Positions 41,972 to 55,518 of a stretch of DNA of 64,000 nt are shown one piece after another. Each line of letters starts with the position of its first letter. Position 1 is the first letter of the stretch. The notes beneath the pieces are model-generated. The model did not search any database. It saw only the letters and a list, made by a program, of their open reading frames with translations, and was not told the DNA's origin. Location: NCBI GenBank assembly GCA_951406725.2, contig OX597824.1, positions 6,200,001-6,264,000 of the forward strand, read 5' to 3'. The stretch is from Octopus vulgaris (taxonomy: Eukaryota). Position numbers and translations under genes: made by a program.

Positions 41972-43237
41972 ATTGTGTCAATGGTACTGGGTGTACAAGG
42001 CGGGTGCGCCGAATATCCCTGCTTTTTCTGTCTGAAGTATATCTAGGCAGACATACAGTATTATGTGCAACGTATTTGGCCAGCAAGATCTGGCCTGGAA
42101 CACCCAACGTTACATCAAACGCTCTTGTAAATCCACAGAAGATTCTACGGCCGCCGATGCATATAAAGCTCAGACTGATGAAGTATTTTGTGAAAGCAAC
42201 GGACAAAGAAAACAGTGCCGTCGCTTTTCTGAACCAGACCAAATTGAAAGTAGGTATTTTTGATGACCTTCAGATCAGGGAGCTTTAGGAAGACTTTAAC
42301 TTCGATGAACGGAAAATCTAGCTTTCACTTAAATCCATTGCAGTAAACTTTCTAGGTAACCAACGAAGTCAACATTACGAACGTATTGTCGATGAACTCC
42401 GGCAGAACTTCTAGGCTCAAGGTTCACGCATGCCCATAAAAATGCATTTCGTCTGGTCGTATTTAGACTACTTTCCACAAAATTGTCGTGATGTTGGCGA
42501 AAAGCAAGGAGAGCGCTTTCACCAGGACATTCGAGTGATGGAAGAGAGGTGCCAGGGTTTCTGAGATGTGAATACGCGTGCAAACTGCTGTTGGTGCTTC
42601 AAGTGAGACGTTCCAGATGTAAAAATTACACCAAGATCTTTGCGAAATCCATTTATGCCACATTAATTTTATCACTTCTTTCAGTTTTCATGTTAAAATT
42701 TACATTAACTGTAATTGTGTCCCATTTTAGATATCCTCTTTACATTTCCTGTCAATGTAAGTGGCATTCGGAAAGTAAAAATATTAACAATATTTTTTTT
42801 TATCATATATTTTCTTAAAATTGAGATAGCACAAAATGAGTTACTTTCCTGAATTTAGCATATTAGATCCGATGGAAAGCCTCCGAAAAATTTTTTTTTT
42901 CAGACGGAGAACAATGATATGAAAGCTAAAATCAAGCATTAAGAGGAAGAATATTACTGATGTTGAATCAATTAGATGATTTTTAGGTGAATAAAATGAA
43001 TAAATTTCTAATTAGAAAAGTTATAATCATAGTCATTGCGGGATATAAGTAAAAGCTATTTAGTTTACGTTAATAGCGAAAGTTATGGCAGGCATTAAAT
43101 AGAAGGTAAAACCATAATGAGTAGAGTAAATATTTATGTGTGCTAGAGTATTAGAGAGAGAAAGAGAGGGTATGTATATATGCATATACATATATACCAC
43201 GGACACATACACACACATATAAATATATGTATGTGTG

Positions 43238-43885
43238 TGTTGTAATCCTGAATGTAATGTCGGATGGTTATTACGCTCATTCCGGTATAGCAGTGTAGTT
43301 AGTTAGACCAGTAAAAACATGACTATCTATAACAGTCTACTCTGTACTCTCTTGCAAGTGACCGACGTCACCTTATTTACAGTGACTATCACATACCATT
43401 CGTCACCTGGGATGGGTGTACCATTATTACTATTATCCCAACATCTCTCCTTTTAAGCTTTTCTTTTTTTAGCGAGTGTCATTTTAGTTCTTTTAGTAGC
43501 GATACTTTTTTATATGAGCCCACCTCCTTTTTTGTATTTTCTACTTAGTTACATATTTAATATTTTTTCGTATGTATCCACATCCAGGAACTCCGTACAT
43601 TTTCTTTTTCTTACGCTTGTTCGCATGGGTTCAATTACCTGTAATGGTGTTGGTCCTTCACTTTATCATATAACCATCCTATTGTTTCCTCCATTCTCTT
43701 CAGTTCGTTCTCAACGAATCTTTTTCTCAGTTGGTTATGTGTCTCTTGTATACCCATTTTCTAATTTTACCAAGTATAGCATTTTCCCTATGCGTTTGGT
43801 CATCTTGCCATCTTCCCAACTCTTTTCGTTTCTTATATGCCCTTACGAAAACGTTTTCACCAATTTTCTGCTAGAAAACTTTTCG
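43238..43885 (-). mobile_element. Gypsy LTR retrotransposon 3' end: integrase C-terminus, PPT and 3' LTR
   Basis: Minus-strand IGENVFVRAY..SWEDGKMTKRIGKMLYLVK...NQLRKR (frameshifted); PPT taaaaggagaga (43455-43444) directly before a 206-bp TGTTG...CAACA LTR (43443-43238). Confidence 0.8.
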
Positions 43886-44700
43886 TCCAGTACCTTAATA
43901 ACGGAGCGAAAGCCACATACGCGAGAAACGTGAGGCATGTATAAACAACAAATGCAGCGAAGTGACCGACAAAGCCGTTAACACCAATTAGTTCCTCAGA
44001 GACCTAACTCTGAATGGCTACCCACCATATTTAGCTAAACAACAGCGCTTGAAGAACATCAAGGTCAATAAACCCCGGAAGAACCAGCATTCTCCCATGT
44101 CCGGCGCGTGCTTCCTAGACATACCACACTTTGACGACAGAACTGCTGCAGCTATACAACACGCAGTCCGCAGGGAAGGACTCGGTATACAGATAGTGCA
44201 CACCGGCCCTTCCCTGAGAAAAGCTCTGTCCAAGAACAACACCTCTCACTACTCCGAGGGGTGTACATTATCGAACTGCCCTATCAGGGACCTTGAATTG
44301 TGCCATATGACTCATGTTGTATACGAAACCATCTGTGGCAAATGTAGCACATCCTAGGAAGCACAAGAAAACTTCATATACGTATAACGGAACGCATACA
44401 CGCAGACACTTCCGTGAAGAAACATCTACGGTAGTGCCAGATCCGGGAATTCATAGTGAACATCAGGGCAACACAGCGGAACAGAGGTAACCTTAGAATC
44501 TCCGAGGCCATCCTCATGCAACAAAGAAAACCAAATATCAACAACAGAAGAGAGTTACAGGAAGCTAGCTGGTTGCTATAGCAATACCTTTATGCGCATG
44601 TCCACAGCTCACACACGTGCTCACACACACGCACATCAGCAAATTTCGTCACTTTCTTGAAAATGGGCTGATAACCCCGAAACATTGAATGCATGGTAAT
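43886..44700 (+). mobile_element. Penelope-like element 3' portion (Naiad-like RT thumb and GIY-YIG endonuclease)
   Basis: LTLNGYP; CTLSNCPIRDLELCHMTHVVYETICGKC; STRKLHIRITERI..SVKKHL; NLRISEAILMQQRKPNINNRRELQEASWLL*; hammerhead-variant motif at 44653-44690. Confidence 0.85.
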
Positions 44701-44805
44701 TCTATATTAATTCATATACTTGTTTTCTTGGGATGTGTCTTGCATTTACTTCGCAATGTTCTGGCTGCACCCACGATCCTTTATACAATATATATATATA
44801 TATAC

Positions 44806-44894
<89 letters not shown>

Positions 44895-46544
44895 CTTGTA
44901 ATGACGTAAAAAATAAAAAGAAGCGAGTTTAGGCTATCATGTATAAGAACCTTTGTACGTATATCAGCTAAGGGCTCCCTGTTAGTTATTCTATGGTAAG
45001 ACAGAAGATAAAATTGGCTTGTTTCTTTGTTTTATGTTGACTACTTTTTATTTCAATGCTTAACTTACAATTATACATATTCAATCATGTTACACAAATA
45101 TAAACCCTATATACGTTTATACATACGCAAACATTCCAGATTACAAGTGTATGCATACATAATGACATACACCGATATTAATGTACACCTACGCGCAAGT
45201 AGGAAAAACCCATACACATGTAATCTCTTTCTATGTCAATTCATTTACTTTTGTCTTTTTAGAAGTTTATTTCTGCAGTAATCCGTACTTAAGTATATAT
45301 CAGAGACCAGGGGTGAATGTGTTTGTGATTACATATGAGAGATGAGAAAGATTGTATTGAAGCGAATCGAGTGACAATGTCCCAAAAGACGATAAAAAGC
45401 CAGACATCCAATGATTAAACTCTACAGGTATTTTAAAACCAGCAGTCGTATAATATGCCCGTACATTTACCAACTAATAGCAATAAAGAGGTAAAAACGT
45501 AAAATAATCGGAACACTATTAAGAAAAAGGCATTTTGTGTATTTGCACGAGATAATAGATTTCAGTGATCCAAAGACAGATGATCCTGCTAAAAGAGTAA
45601 AAACTGCGATATAACACGATTAACATCAAACGAATGTGCAAATCAGTTCTGCGAATAAGAGGAAGTATTTGGTGTTGGTGCAACTTTATGCAACCTTGCA
45701 ATTTCCACTCTATGTGACAATGTGCTTATATATCTGGTAAGAAAATATATTTCCTCAACAACAACAATTTAATAATATTCCCATCAGAATTCAATTCATG
45801 ATAATAGGATTTCGCTTTGACGTGTGTACTGTGTGATAGGGTTTTGTATATAGTAAGAAACACTAACTGATTAAAGCATTTCTGGGAGCAATTCATCCAA
45901 TGGATGCAGAAAATGCAATTTTATCCATTACACACATACGAAGATAACAATTCAGACAAAACCAAAAAAACACGAAGAAAGTAATTGCTCAAGAGCAATA
46001 ACATTTTCACCCGGAATATAAAATCTCTGGATAACGATAATCTTTTATCCAGTTTACGCAGGCTTGTAAAATTAGAGTAACTTTATGGAAGCCCATAAAA
46101 CACATTATTATATCCTCTATAAGAGGCCGAACAAGAAAGGTTCTTGCAGTTGTGATCGTAATAAACGTCAAGTATTAAAAAAGAGATAAGAATAAATAAA
46201 ATGTAAACGAGGATGGGGGGAAAATCTCGTAAAAGATACGCGCGAAATCATCTCAGCATTATTGCATGGAATAGGATGGCCGACGTAAATTTCAATAAAT
46301 TATACATATTACTGATAAAATGTGTGCGTATATGTACTTAGTGTGTTTAAGCTAATCCAGTGGTCTGTTACTTTCTATCTTCGAAGGAGTGCAGCCATTT
46401 TTAAAAAGAGATGTCCGTCCTACTGCATTGGCTTGTAAGTTGTTCAACATTCGACCCACTAAATTGCGCAGTAAAAGTTATATTCAGTGGAAACCAGCTG
46501 GGCATAGTATATGACTAGAACTTTCCAAGTACAATGTAGTTTGG

Positions 46545-46720
46545 ACGCAGTATGATTGAGCGATGAATGCGTTAACTCCGTACCTCGAAGGTCCTGGATT
46601 CGATCCAAGTGCTAGGCAAAATATTGGCCAACTGTCTTTTACCAAAGATTGGAAACCATAATATTGTGAATGAAATTGGGTGGATGCTAGATATGTTGGA
46701 CTGCATCCAATTGATATTCT
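46545..46720 (+). mobile_element. Degenerate tRNA-derived SINE head
   Basis: tgattgagcgatg...gaaggtcctggattcgatcc (A/B-box-like spacing). Confidence 0.35.
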
Positions 46721-46733
46721 ACATCCCTTTCTC

Positions 46734-46765
<32 letters not shown>

Positions 46766-46766
46766 C

Positions 46767-46793
<27 letters not shown>

Positions 46794-46797
<4 letters not shown>

Positions 46798-47049
46798 TAA
46801 TGGCCCAGTGGTTATGGCAGCGGTCTCGCGGTTTCGATTCCATTGTGAGTGTTTATTGAGTAAAAATACCTAAAGTGGTGAACTCTGGTGTACTCTTTCA
46901 CCACAACTTTCATTCTTTCTTCCTGTTTCTGTTGTACCTGTATTTCAAAGGGCCAGCCTTGTCACTTTTTGTGTCCCGCTGCATCTCCCCGTGAACTGCG
47001 TTAAGGGCACACGTGTCTGTGGAGTGTTCAGCCACTTGCACCTTAATTT
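46794..47049 (+). mobile_element. SINE family C (tail type 1) with internal deletions
   Basis: Matches 27934-28250 with gaps. Confidence 0.85.
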
Positions 47050-47697
47050 GGACAAATAAATATACGTCATTAAAGTGCTGATGTAAAGCACTGGCACAGT
47101 TTAGGCCATCCGCAGTTGTATAATTACTTCATCGATTACCACACACACACACACACACACACACACGCGCGCAGACTTATATATATATAAGAGAGAAAGA
47201 AAAAGAGAGCCAGGGAGATAGGAGGGAAAGGGAACTATTGAGAAGGAGAAAGTATAGTACTTACAATATTCCGTAAGAAAAATAGAATTGAATAACTATG
47301 CATGTGTGTTCGTGTGTGTGCAGGTGTGTGCAGGTGTGTACTTGTATAGAAATAAATATGTAGGTATGTGTGTATGTATGCATATATATACATATGTACA
47401 TATATATTAAGGAATTCAATGTAAACAGGAAAAGTAACGAAGAGCAAATCTTAATTATCTGCTTCTATGTAATATTCATTATGAAGATGTTAAAGTTATT
47501 AATATTGACATATATATTATTTTATACATGTATAAATATTACATAGAGATATGCATTTATATATTTAGATATGCACACACTCATACATACACACACTTAC
47601 ACACATACATATATAAATATTTATGTATGCAAACGCGATGTGACATGCTTTTAGAAAATTACATCTAGCTTTCAGGAGTCAACTTATGAAATAAGTA

Positions 47698-47855
47698 ACT
47701 CTTTACTCTCTTTTACTCTTTTACTTGTTTCAGTCATTTGACTGCGGCCATGCTGGAGCACCGCCTTTAATCGAGCAAATCGACCCCGGGACTTATTCTT
47801 CGTAAGCCCAGTACTTATTCTATCGGTCTCTTTTTGCCGAACCGCTAAGTGACGG
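47698..47855 (-). mobile_element. SINE family A, 3' half
   Basis: Near-identical to 33456-33600. Confidence 0.9.
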
Positions 47856-47969
47856 TTGAAGTAAGTTGATATTAAGCTTTAATTTAAAGTATACATTAGA
47901 TTGAAAAGTGAAAGAATATAAACATATGAATAAGCCAAGGATTTCGAACAGACACATCGGCCACAAAAT

Positions 47970-47970
<1 letters not shown>

Positions 47971-48054
<84 letters not shown>

Positions 48055-48118
48055 TAATAACAATAATAATAATAATAATAATAATGATAATAACAATAAT
48101 AATAATAATGATAATAAC

Positions 48119-48159
<41 letters not shown>

Positions 48160-48186
48160 TAATAACAATAATAATAATAATAATAT
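47971..48186. repeat. (AAT)n microsatellite
   Basis: Visible tandem run. Confidence 0.96.
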
Positions 48187-48235
48187 GAGACCTCTAGGAA
48201 TGATAAAAAAAAGGTATATATATATATATATATAT

Positions 48236-48380
48236 AGACGACGGGCTTCTTTCAGTTTCCGTCTATCAAATCTACACAGAGGGCTAATGTTGGCTCGAAT
48301 CGATAATAGAAGACACTTGCCAATCAGAGTGAACTCTACAAAGTGTGTGGGAAGCAAGCTTCTTATCCACACAGCCCCAC
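48236..48380 (-). mobile_element. SINE family A, diverged 5' half
   Basis: acgacgggcttctttcagtttccgtcta...gcaagcttcttatccacacagcc. Confidence 0.8.
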
Positions 48381-48823
48381 TTATATGTATACATACGCAC
48401 ACGCTCACGCGCATTTGTGCACACATACATACACGTACGTATATATATTTATTCACGTATTTACTTTCAATACATTGATTTCGAAATATCCGAACCGTTG
48501 TATATTTTAGGAATTCAATATTCATTCGCAATATTTACAGCATTTCGTAATTATTCAAATGTCTAAAACGAATTCTTTGAAATCCATCCAAATCGAAGAC
48601 AGTTGCAAAATAATCGTTCCACATATTATTTAATTGTTACTTAATTAACGAAAATTTCTTAAAATATACGTTTGCAAGATATATATATTCCTAATACATG
48701 CTTATCTGGACATATATCAGAACGCATACGCAATATCGCACAAACAAATATAAAGGCATATAAATTGATAGATACACAAATATATGTGTGTGTGTTAGCA
48801 TATAGAGAGCTAAACTTATTCCT

Positions 48824-48873
<50 letters not shown>

Positions 48874-49169
48874 ATATGTGTGTGTGTGTGTGTGTGTGTA
48901 TTTATATACGCGTACATATATTTGTAGCGTATGAATTTATATAGGGCTAAAATATTTATGCGTTTTATGTATCGTGTTTGTGCAGTGAATTCGCCTTCTA
49001 TTTTTATTCATACACGCGTGTATTCTAAGCAATGCGGCACCGTTTAAAAATAATTTTGTTCATATTCATATTTGAAATTCGTTTCCCATAATTACAGAGA
49101 TTTGTATTTTCTTCCACCGTACACGCCGACATACAGATACACACTCACGCTTATATATATACCTACATA

Positions 49170-49286
<117 letters not shown>

Positions 49287-49409
49287 ATATATATATATAT
49301 ATAGTAGAATAAGAAATCGAATGTCCTTGGTATAGCATTAAAATTATTTCTCAGAATAAATGAATAGAAATGGCTTTTCTGATAATTTTCCCTCTTTAAT
49401 AATTAGATA

Positions 49410-49691
49410 CAGGAGTTGGACAAAATAATGGAAACAACTTAAAATTTCAAACAAATTTAGTTTTATATGGGGTAGGACCACATTTGGCAGTAATTGCAGC
49501 TTGAATTATACGAGGTAATAGACTCGTACAAAGTCTGAATTGTTTCCAAAGGAATTTTTGTCCATTCTTCAGCTAAAACATCTCCAGTTCTTGAAGTGAT
49601 GAACTGGAAACAGTTCCGCAACCATAGGATGAATTTGATCAGATAAAATGTTTAAATAGCCTTGACTGTTAATTCTACCATGAAGGGACAA
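49410..49691 (-). mobile_element. Tc1-like transposon right end with transposase C-terminus
   Basis: TA|CAGGAGTTGGACAAAATAATGGAAACA TIR; minus-strand LHGRINSQGYLNILSDQIHPMVAELFP and AEEWTKIPLETIQTLYES...IQAAITAKCGPTPY; catalytic middle deleted. Confidence 0.85.
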
Positions 49692-50533
49692 CCCCTTCTT
49701 TAAATCTAAACCCGAAACCTAACCCTAAACATATACCTGACCATACACTTTAACTTTTACCCTGACCCGATAGAAATTTGAAATTGGTTTCAATGGTGAA
49801 TGAGTTTTAAGATATTTGTTCACGTTTTCGGTTCATTTGGCCATATTGTTCTTTCCGGATGATGTTCTAGTTTCCGGATTTTAGGCTGAATTTGTATTTG
49901 ACTGCGTCTAGTGAGAATCATTAGAGCGTGGAAAATACCATCTTTTATTAACGGTTTTAGTACTCTTTTACAGAATATAAAATCGTTCATTTGCGCGTTA
50001 GTATTGCTCGTGTCTCTAACAGCTCTTTACTCACACGCAATCCTTCTCTAACAGTGTTATATGATGCTTGAAGTGTGTTTGGTAATAATTTAAACGTTTC
50101 ATTCACTCTGATGTAGCAGCGAACGCAAGGCCACCTTATATTTCTTTACAGTTTTCCATTCCAAAATTGTTTCCTTGAAGCACAGGGAATGTATAAGTGA
50201 TGCCTTTGAACAACATTTGCTCTTTTTTATTTGAATCATTGATTATAGGGCTTTGATATGGATAGATTAGCCAAAAGTGGCGCTTGTATCTGCAGTGAGG
50301 TTAATTCAATTATGCTACCTATATGCAATGCTGTGGATGTATTATATCTAACCCCCAGTAGTTTTCTCGTCTTTCTGTGTATGTGCGATATGATTACGTG
50401 AATTTAAGACGGTAAAATTTGATAAAAGTGAGATTTAGCTGCTATGCCTTTTCCATGTCGAGCAATGAAATAAGAATGTTGTTGGCTCACTCCGTCACTT
50501 ACTTAGAGAAATGTTAAATATGCTGTGTATATA

Positions 50534-50673
50534 GGCGCAGTTTGGCTAAGTGATAAGAAGCTTGTTCACCAACTACATGGTTCCAGGTTCAGTTCCACTG
50601 AGTGGCACCTTGGGCAAGTGTTTTCTACTATAGCCTCGGGTCGACCATAGCTTTCTGAGTGGATTTCGTAGTC

Positions 50674-50720
<47 letters not shown>

Positions 50721-51035
50721 TGTGTGTATGTGTGTGTGTATGTATGTATGTATGTATGTATGTATGTATGTATGTATGTATGTATGTATGTATGTATGTA
50801 TGTATGTATGTATGTATGCATGTATGTATATGTGTATGTGTGTCTGTGTTTGTCCCCCACCATCGTTTGACAACCGCTGCAGGTATGTCTACGTCCCCGT
50901 AATCTAGCGGTTCGGCAAAAGAGACCGATAGAATAAGTACTAGGCGTGCAAAGAATATATCCTGGGGTCTTTTTTCTCAACTAAAGGCGGTGCTCCAGCA
51001 TGACCGCAGTCAAATGACTGAAACAATTAAAAGAA
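50534..51035 (+). mobile_element. SINE family A with expanded internal (TG)n/(TATG)n
   Basis: Head, CORE-like block and tail intact; internal microsatellite of about 170 bp. Confidence 0.9.
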
Positions 51036-52169
51036 TTTAAAAAATACAAAAGAATATCAGTAATGGTGTATGATGGCGAAAGTTCTGCTACCGTTGATGT
51101 TAACTCGGATCATGTGTAGGATTCAGCGGATGTTGATGAGACTGATTGTGCGAGGTGGCTATATCTGAGTAATTCCAAAATTCTTGGTGATTTGCATAGA
51201 TTCTATATTTCTTCATTGCGATTCTACATAGGTTTAGATTTCCGTGCTCCAAAATTGTGAGGAATTTTCTTGATTTCCCGGTCCTACGACTGTAGCATTA
51301 TTCGTAACAGAAGCTGCCGGTTTTGGTACATATAATAGAACCTTCATTTGCGACGTGTTTCAAGTGTATGTCTATAGAATTTATCAGGTTTACGGCACTT
51401 GAACTTCTGGATATATCTGTACCCTTCCTCATATTAATACCTTTTTTTTCTAGCAGATAAAGCATCTTTATAGTCAATAGTTTACTGCGCAAATATATTT
51501 TGAATTGCATGGGGTCTTTTGTCTGCTTCTGTATTGCTACATTTCCGTTCATCTATCTTCCTACATGTCTGAGTTCAACTTAACCCCTTTTTCTGTCTCT
51601 CCATATATACAAAGCATTATATCAAATCTACTGCAGCACCAAATTATATTATCAATCACAAAAATAAATCACAGAGCATCTATATATTAAATTTCCTGCT
51701 GCAGCGTATATGGTATCATTGCTAAAGAAAATATATGATCAAAACACAACAACATCCAGGCATTACAAAGTGAATGCATATTAGTTTATAAAACATATAT
51801 TATACAGATAATGATAGATGGATAATGAAGTGTGCGGACTTGCTAATATCAAATGATAACTTCCAATTGCATCTGCATCTCTGCACATGTGTATCTGTGC
51901 GCTCTCATGCGTGCGCGTGGTTGTGTGCATATTTGTGTGTGTGTGCGCCTGTATATACGATGTGCTCGAATGACAGATATTGTTTGATAGTGTCCGTGTT
52001 TTTACGAGATTGCATGAGAATTTAAACATTTATTGACAAAACCTTTAACCAGAGATAATATGAATATCCACTCGTATTTAGCAATAAATTGCTGTTTACA
52101 GTAATATCCTATCTACGTAAGCATTCTCTCGGGTATACTCATATAAACATTTTCTCTAATTGGAAATTT

Positions 52170-52470
52170 CGTGGCTACGGCCACGGACCACCTGCATGGT
52201 TTGCCAGCCGACGTTCAGGGTGTTTTTAAGAGACATCACTCATGTGGATAGCTGTTGGCTTACAATCGGTTAATCGCTAGCCACCCGAGCATGAAACTCG
52301 TAGAGCCGGGTATGTGGCACCTGTAGCCGGATTTTCCTCACCTTACCAGAATAACAAGTCCGTAGACATATGTGGAACACATGACTGAGCACTGTCTGAG
52401 AGGTGGAATGCGAAATGTCACCTCGTACAGCCCGAGTGCAACATTTGCTCGCGAGTGATGCGGCATAGAG
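52170..52470 (+). mobile_element. Possible Gypsy integrase-core relic
   Basis: GC-rich island; DITHVDSCWLTI resembles DITH...YLTxID; ERWN...SP downstream; very degenerate. Confidence 0.25.
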
Positions 52471-53318
52471 TAGAGAGGGAGAGAGACACTTACATCCGAA
52501 TGTGGGAGTGAGTTTTGGCTTATAATCTTGAAAAGTTACTAAAGGAAAGACTTCGCAGTTACTGTCAATATGGTATAATAAATATGAGATTCTACATATC
52601 TAATAAGCCTTTTATTATTTCATCGATCTTTCTCTTTCTCTTTCTCTTCCTCTCTCTTTCTCTTCTTCTTCCTTTCACTTCTCCCTTCCTTCCTTTTTTC
52701 ACTTTCCTTTTGCATTTTCAACGATATATATTTGTGCTACACTTACTGTCTGCTTAATATTTTTTCTTCGTTTGTTCTGCATGATTTATAGTCCCAACCT
52801 TAAGAAATAATTATCCTTCATATTATACCTCCTTGTTATGTCGAGAAACATAAATATTTGTTATACATGTTTCTGCTTAACTCTGTGCATACCTGTCGTC
52901 TTGTCTCGTCATACCTGAAGCACACCTCCCCTCCCCTTCTCATTATCCATGTCCTTTGTTTTCACCGTTTCATTTCTGTAGCAGCTTTTTTTTAAAACTT
53001 TACAGACATACATAAGCTGGCAGTATTGTTCCTAACATGCGGAAATCATGATGATGTTCTGACAACAGTTGATGAAGGGAACTTTATGTCTATATTTCTG
53101 ATTTTTTTTATGGGGTTTGGAAATTTTCTCTATGCTTAAATCTCACTTTTGTTGTCATGGCAAAGCAACACAGGTATTTCTGCTCAGTCTGTGTAGAACA
53201 TATGATTTATTTCAAATGGAAGGTAATCTCGCCAGACAAACTCAGCTTCAGTTTCAATTAAAATATCTGTATGTGTATATGATTGCGTGCGGGTCTTTTT
53301 GTATGTATGTATGTATGT

Positions 53319-53319
<1 letters not shown>

Positions 53320-53412
<93 letters not shown>

Positions 53413-53418
53413 CAATGA

Positions 53419-53468
<50 letters not shown>
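53320..53468. repeat. (GATA)n microsatellite
   Basis: Visible tandem run. Confidence 0.96.
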
Positions 53469-53613
53469 GTGGCTGTGGGGTAAGAAGATTGCTTCCCAGC
53501 CATATGCTTCCGGGTTCAATCGGCACGTTGGGAAAGTGTTTTCTTGTATTAACCTCAGGCCGACCAAAGCCATGTGAGTGGATTTGGTAAGCGGAAACTG
53601 AATGAAACCCATC

Positions 53614-53649
<36 letters not shown>

Positions 53650-53826
53650 AGGGGTCCCCCTGACATCACTTGACAACCGACGATAGTGTGTTTACGTCCC
53701 CGTAACTTAGCAGTTTGGGGAAAAAAGCCGATAGAATAAGCCCTAGGACCGATTTGCCCAACTAAAGGCGATGCTCCAGCCTGGCTGCCAGCAAAAGGCT
53801 AAAACAAGTAAAAGAGTAAAAGAGTA
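53469..53826 (+). mobile_element. SINE family A, diverged copy
   Basis: gtggctgtggggtaagaag...aaacaagtaaaagagtaaaagag. Confidence 0.87.
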
Positions 53827-53919
53827 AACAAAATTTGTTGTGTGAACCAGGAAAAATGTGAGACGGTAAAAAGTAAACTCGAAAAGGAGAACAGCAAACA
53901 AAAGTTGTAGCCTTACTTT

Positions 53920-54300
53920 ATATTTCAATATTTCGGGGTCATAACCTGTTCATCAGGTCATTCCGAAAAAGCGAGGGATGGAATCGGAGCTCACATGTGT
54001 AGGGAGAAGGGAGAGGATTGAGGAGGAGTGAGGGAATGCAAGAGAGAAGAAGGTGACATACACAGATGGCATGTGTATGAGTGTGTGTGTGTGTGTGTGT
54101 GTGTCTGTTTGCCTGGTTATTTATACTTATATATACTTTATATGCGTAATACGGCTACCGTTGGTTTCACGTTAAGGAATTCTCCAAGAATTATCAAACC
54201 TATCACATGGAGGATCGATATTTGTCGCCAATTTGGATTAAAACACTTTAATCCAGTTGGAGATGAACAACGATGCTCCATGTGACAGGCTTGATAATTC
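53920..54300 (-). mobile_element. Penelope-like 3' relic with decayed hammerhead
   Basis: Minus-strand ctgatga-acaggttatgacccc-gaaatatt (53925-53960); LIILGEFLNVKPT resembles the LxILESLxIxxxKPxLN endonuclease end. Confidence 0.4.
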
Positions 54301-55240
54301 TTGGGGTATTGCTTAATATGAAATCAACGGTAGCCTTAATATAGATATACAGAATTTTCACCCACCTATGCGGTCTTCAGCATTGATTTTTGCTGTATAA
54401 GCATATGAATGTCATTTGTGTGTGCGTGTGGTACGAGTGAGTAGAGCCAGTTAAATGTATTTATATTTATATTGTTCTAACGGAAAACATACGAAAACGT
54501 GATTCCTGAAATTTGATATTAAGAACAAGGTTCTGACATTTAGCGAGAGACTTGTTCTCTCTAACTTCTATGAGTAAATTATGTAAATTTAAGAAAAAAA
54601 AGCAATATCACTAAATTAATATCAAAATGTAATAACTAACAATCTATGGAAAAGTTTTATTTTATTATGAAGACTCATCGCTTTACGAAAAAATAAGATC
54701 CAGATGTTTTTAGAAAATATTAATAAATATATAACAATATTTTTAAAACACTGTTCGATATTTTTTATCACAAACCTGCCAAATTTAATAAAAATAAATC
54801 AACTGCGTAGCAAAGGACAGCAGTAAAAAGTTTATATTTATATTATGATATTCATATAATTTCCAGGGAAGGAGAGATCGTTTTTTTTTTAAATAATAAT
54901 TTCATTTCATTTCAAACAAAGAAGGAAATGTTTGAACCACTGAAAAAGGGCTAAATATAAGAAGTGCAATAGGTTAAGGAATTAGACATTTATAGAGGCG
55001 TTTTTTAATAATAAATCAAGATACCAGAGATGTAGCGATAAATCTAATAAAATCATTTGATGATGCGCAAAGGCACTTAATTTTCAAAAAACAATGTATA
55101 ATGATTTAAATATTTCAAAACGAAAACTAAATTTCTTTTATAACCGTAAGTTAGATAAGAAAAAAAGATGGTTCTCCTACAATTGCTATATCTGTTGAAT
55201 CACTTATGTCGAACTTCGTACACTGTATATATAAATCAAT

Positions 55241-55518
55241 AGTGGAGACACATGGCCTCGTGGTTAGAGCAGCGGACCTCGCGGTCGAGGAATCGCGGTT
55301 CGAATCTCATGCCGGGTGATGTGTGGGTTTATGAGCGAAACACCTCGCAGCTCCGGCAGAAGGTAATGGCGAACTTGTGCTGACTCTTTTGCCACAACCT
55401 TCTCTCACTCTTTCCTCCTGCATCTTGCAGCTCACCTGCGACGAACCTATACGCCAAGGAAACCGGGAAACCGGCCCTTATGAGCCAGGCATGGCTCAAG
55501 AAGGCACAAAAGAAAAAC
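55241..55518 (+). mobile_element. SINE family C (tail type 2)
   Basis: tRNA head tggcctcgtggttagagc...ggttcgaatctc; gaaaccgggaaaccggccc tail; TSD aaatcaat (55233-55240 and 55519-55526). Confidence 0.87.

Larger units (their letters stand above)
40579..42910 (+). mobile_element. Chapaev3-type (CMC superfamily) DNA transposon with transposase pseudogene
   Basis: QGELNDVTRDLGL, EWRLFIYSS..LKAVL, WLICGDLK|IVSMVLGVQGG..YPCFFCL, KILRPPMHIKLRLMKYFVKA, KVGIFDDLQIREL, QGERFHQDIRVMEER; subterminal inverted match 40633-40663 vs 42832-42860; outer ends approximate. Confidence 0.85.

Noticed and set aside
43514-43933. 139-aa hydrophobic plus-strand ORF
   Set aside because: Antisense of the Gypsy integrase C-terminus
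49700-49770. Interstitial telomeric repeat (cctaaccctaa)
   Set aside because: Only about two imperfect units
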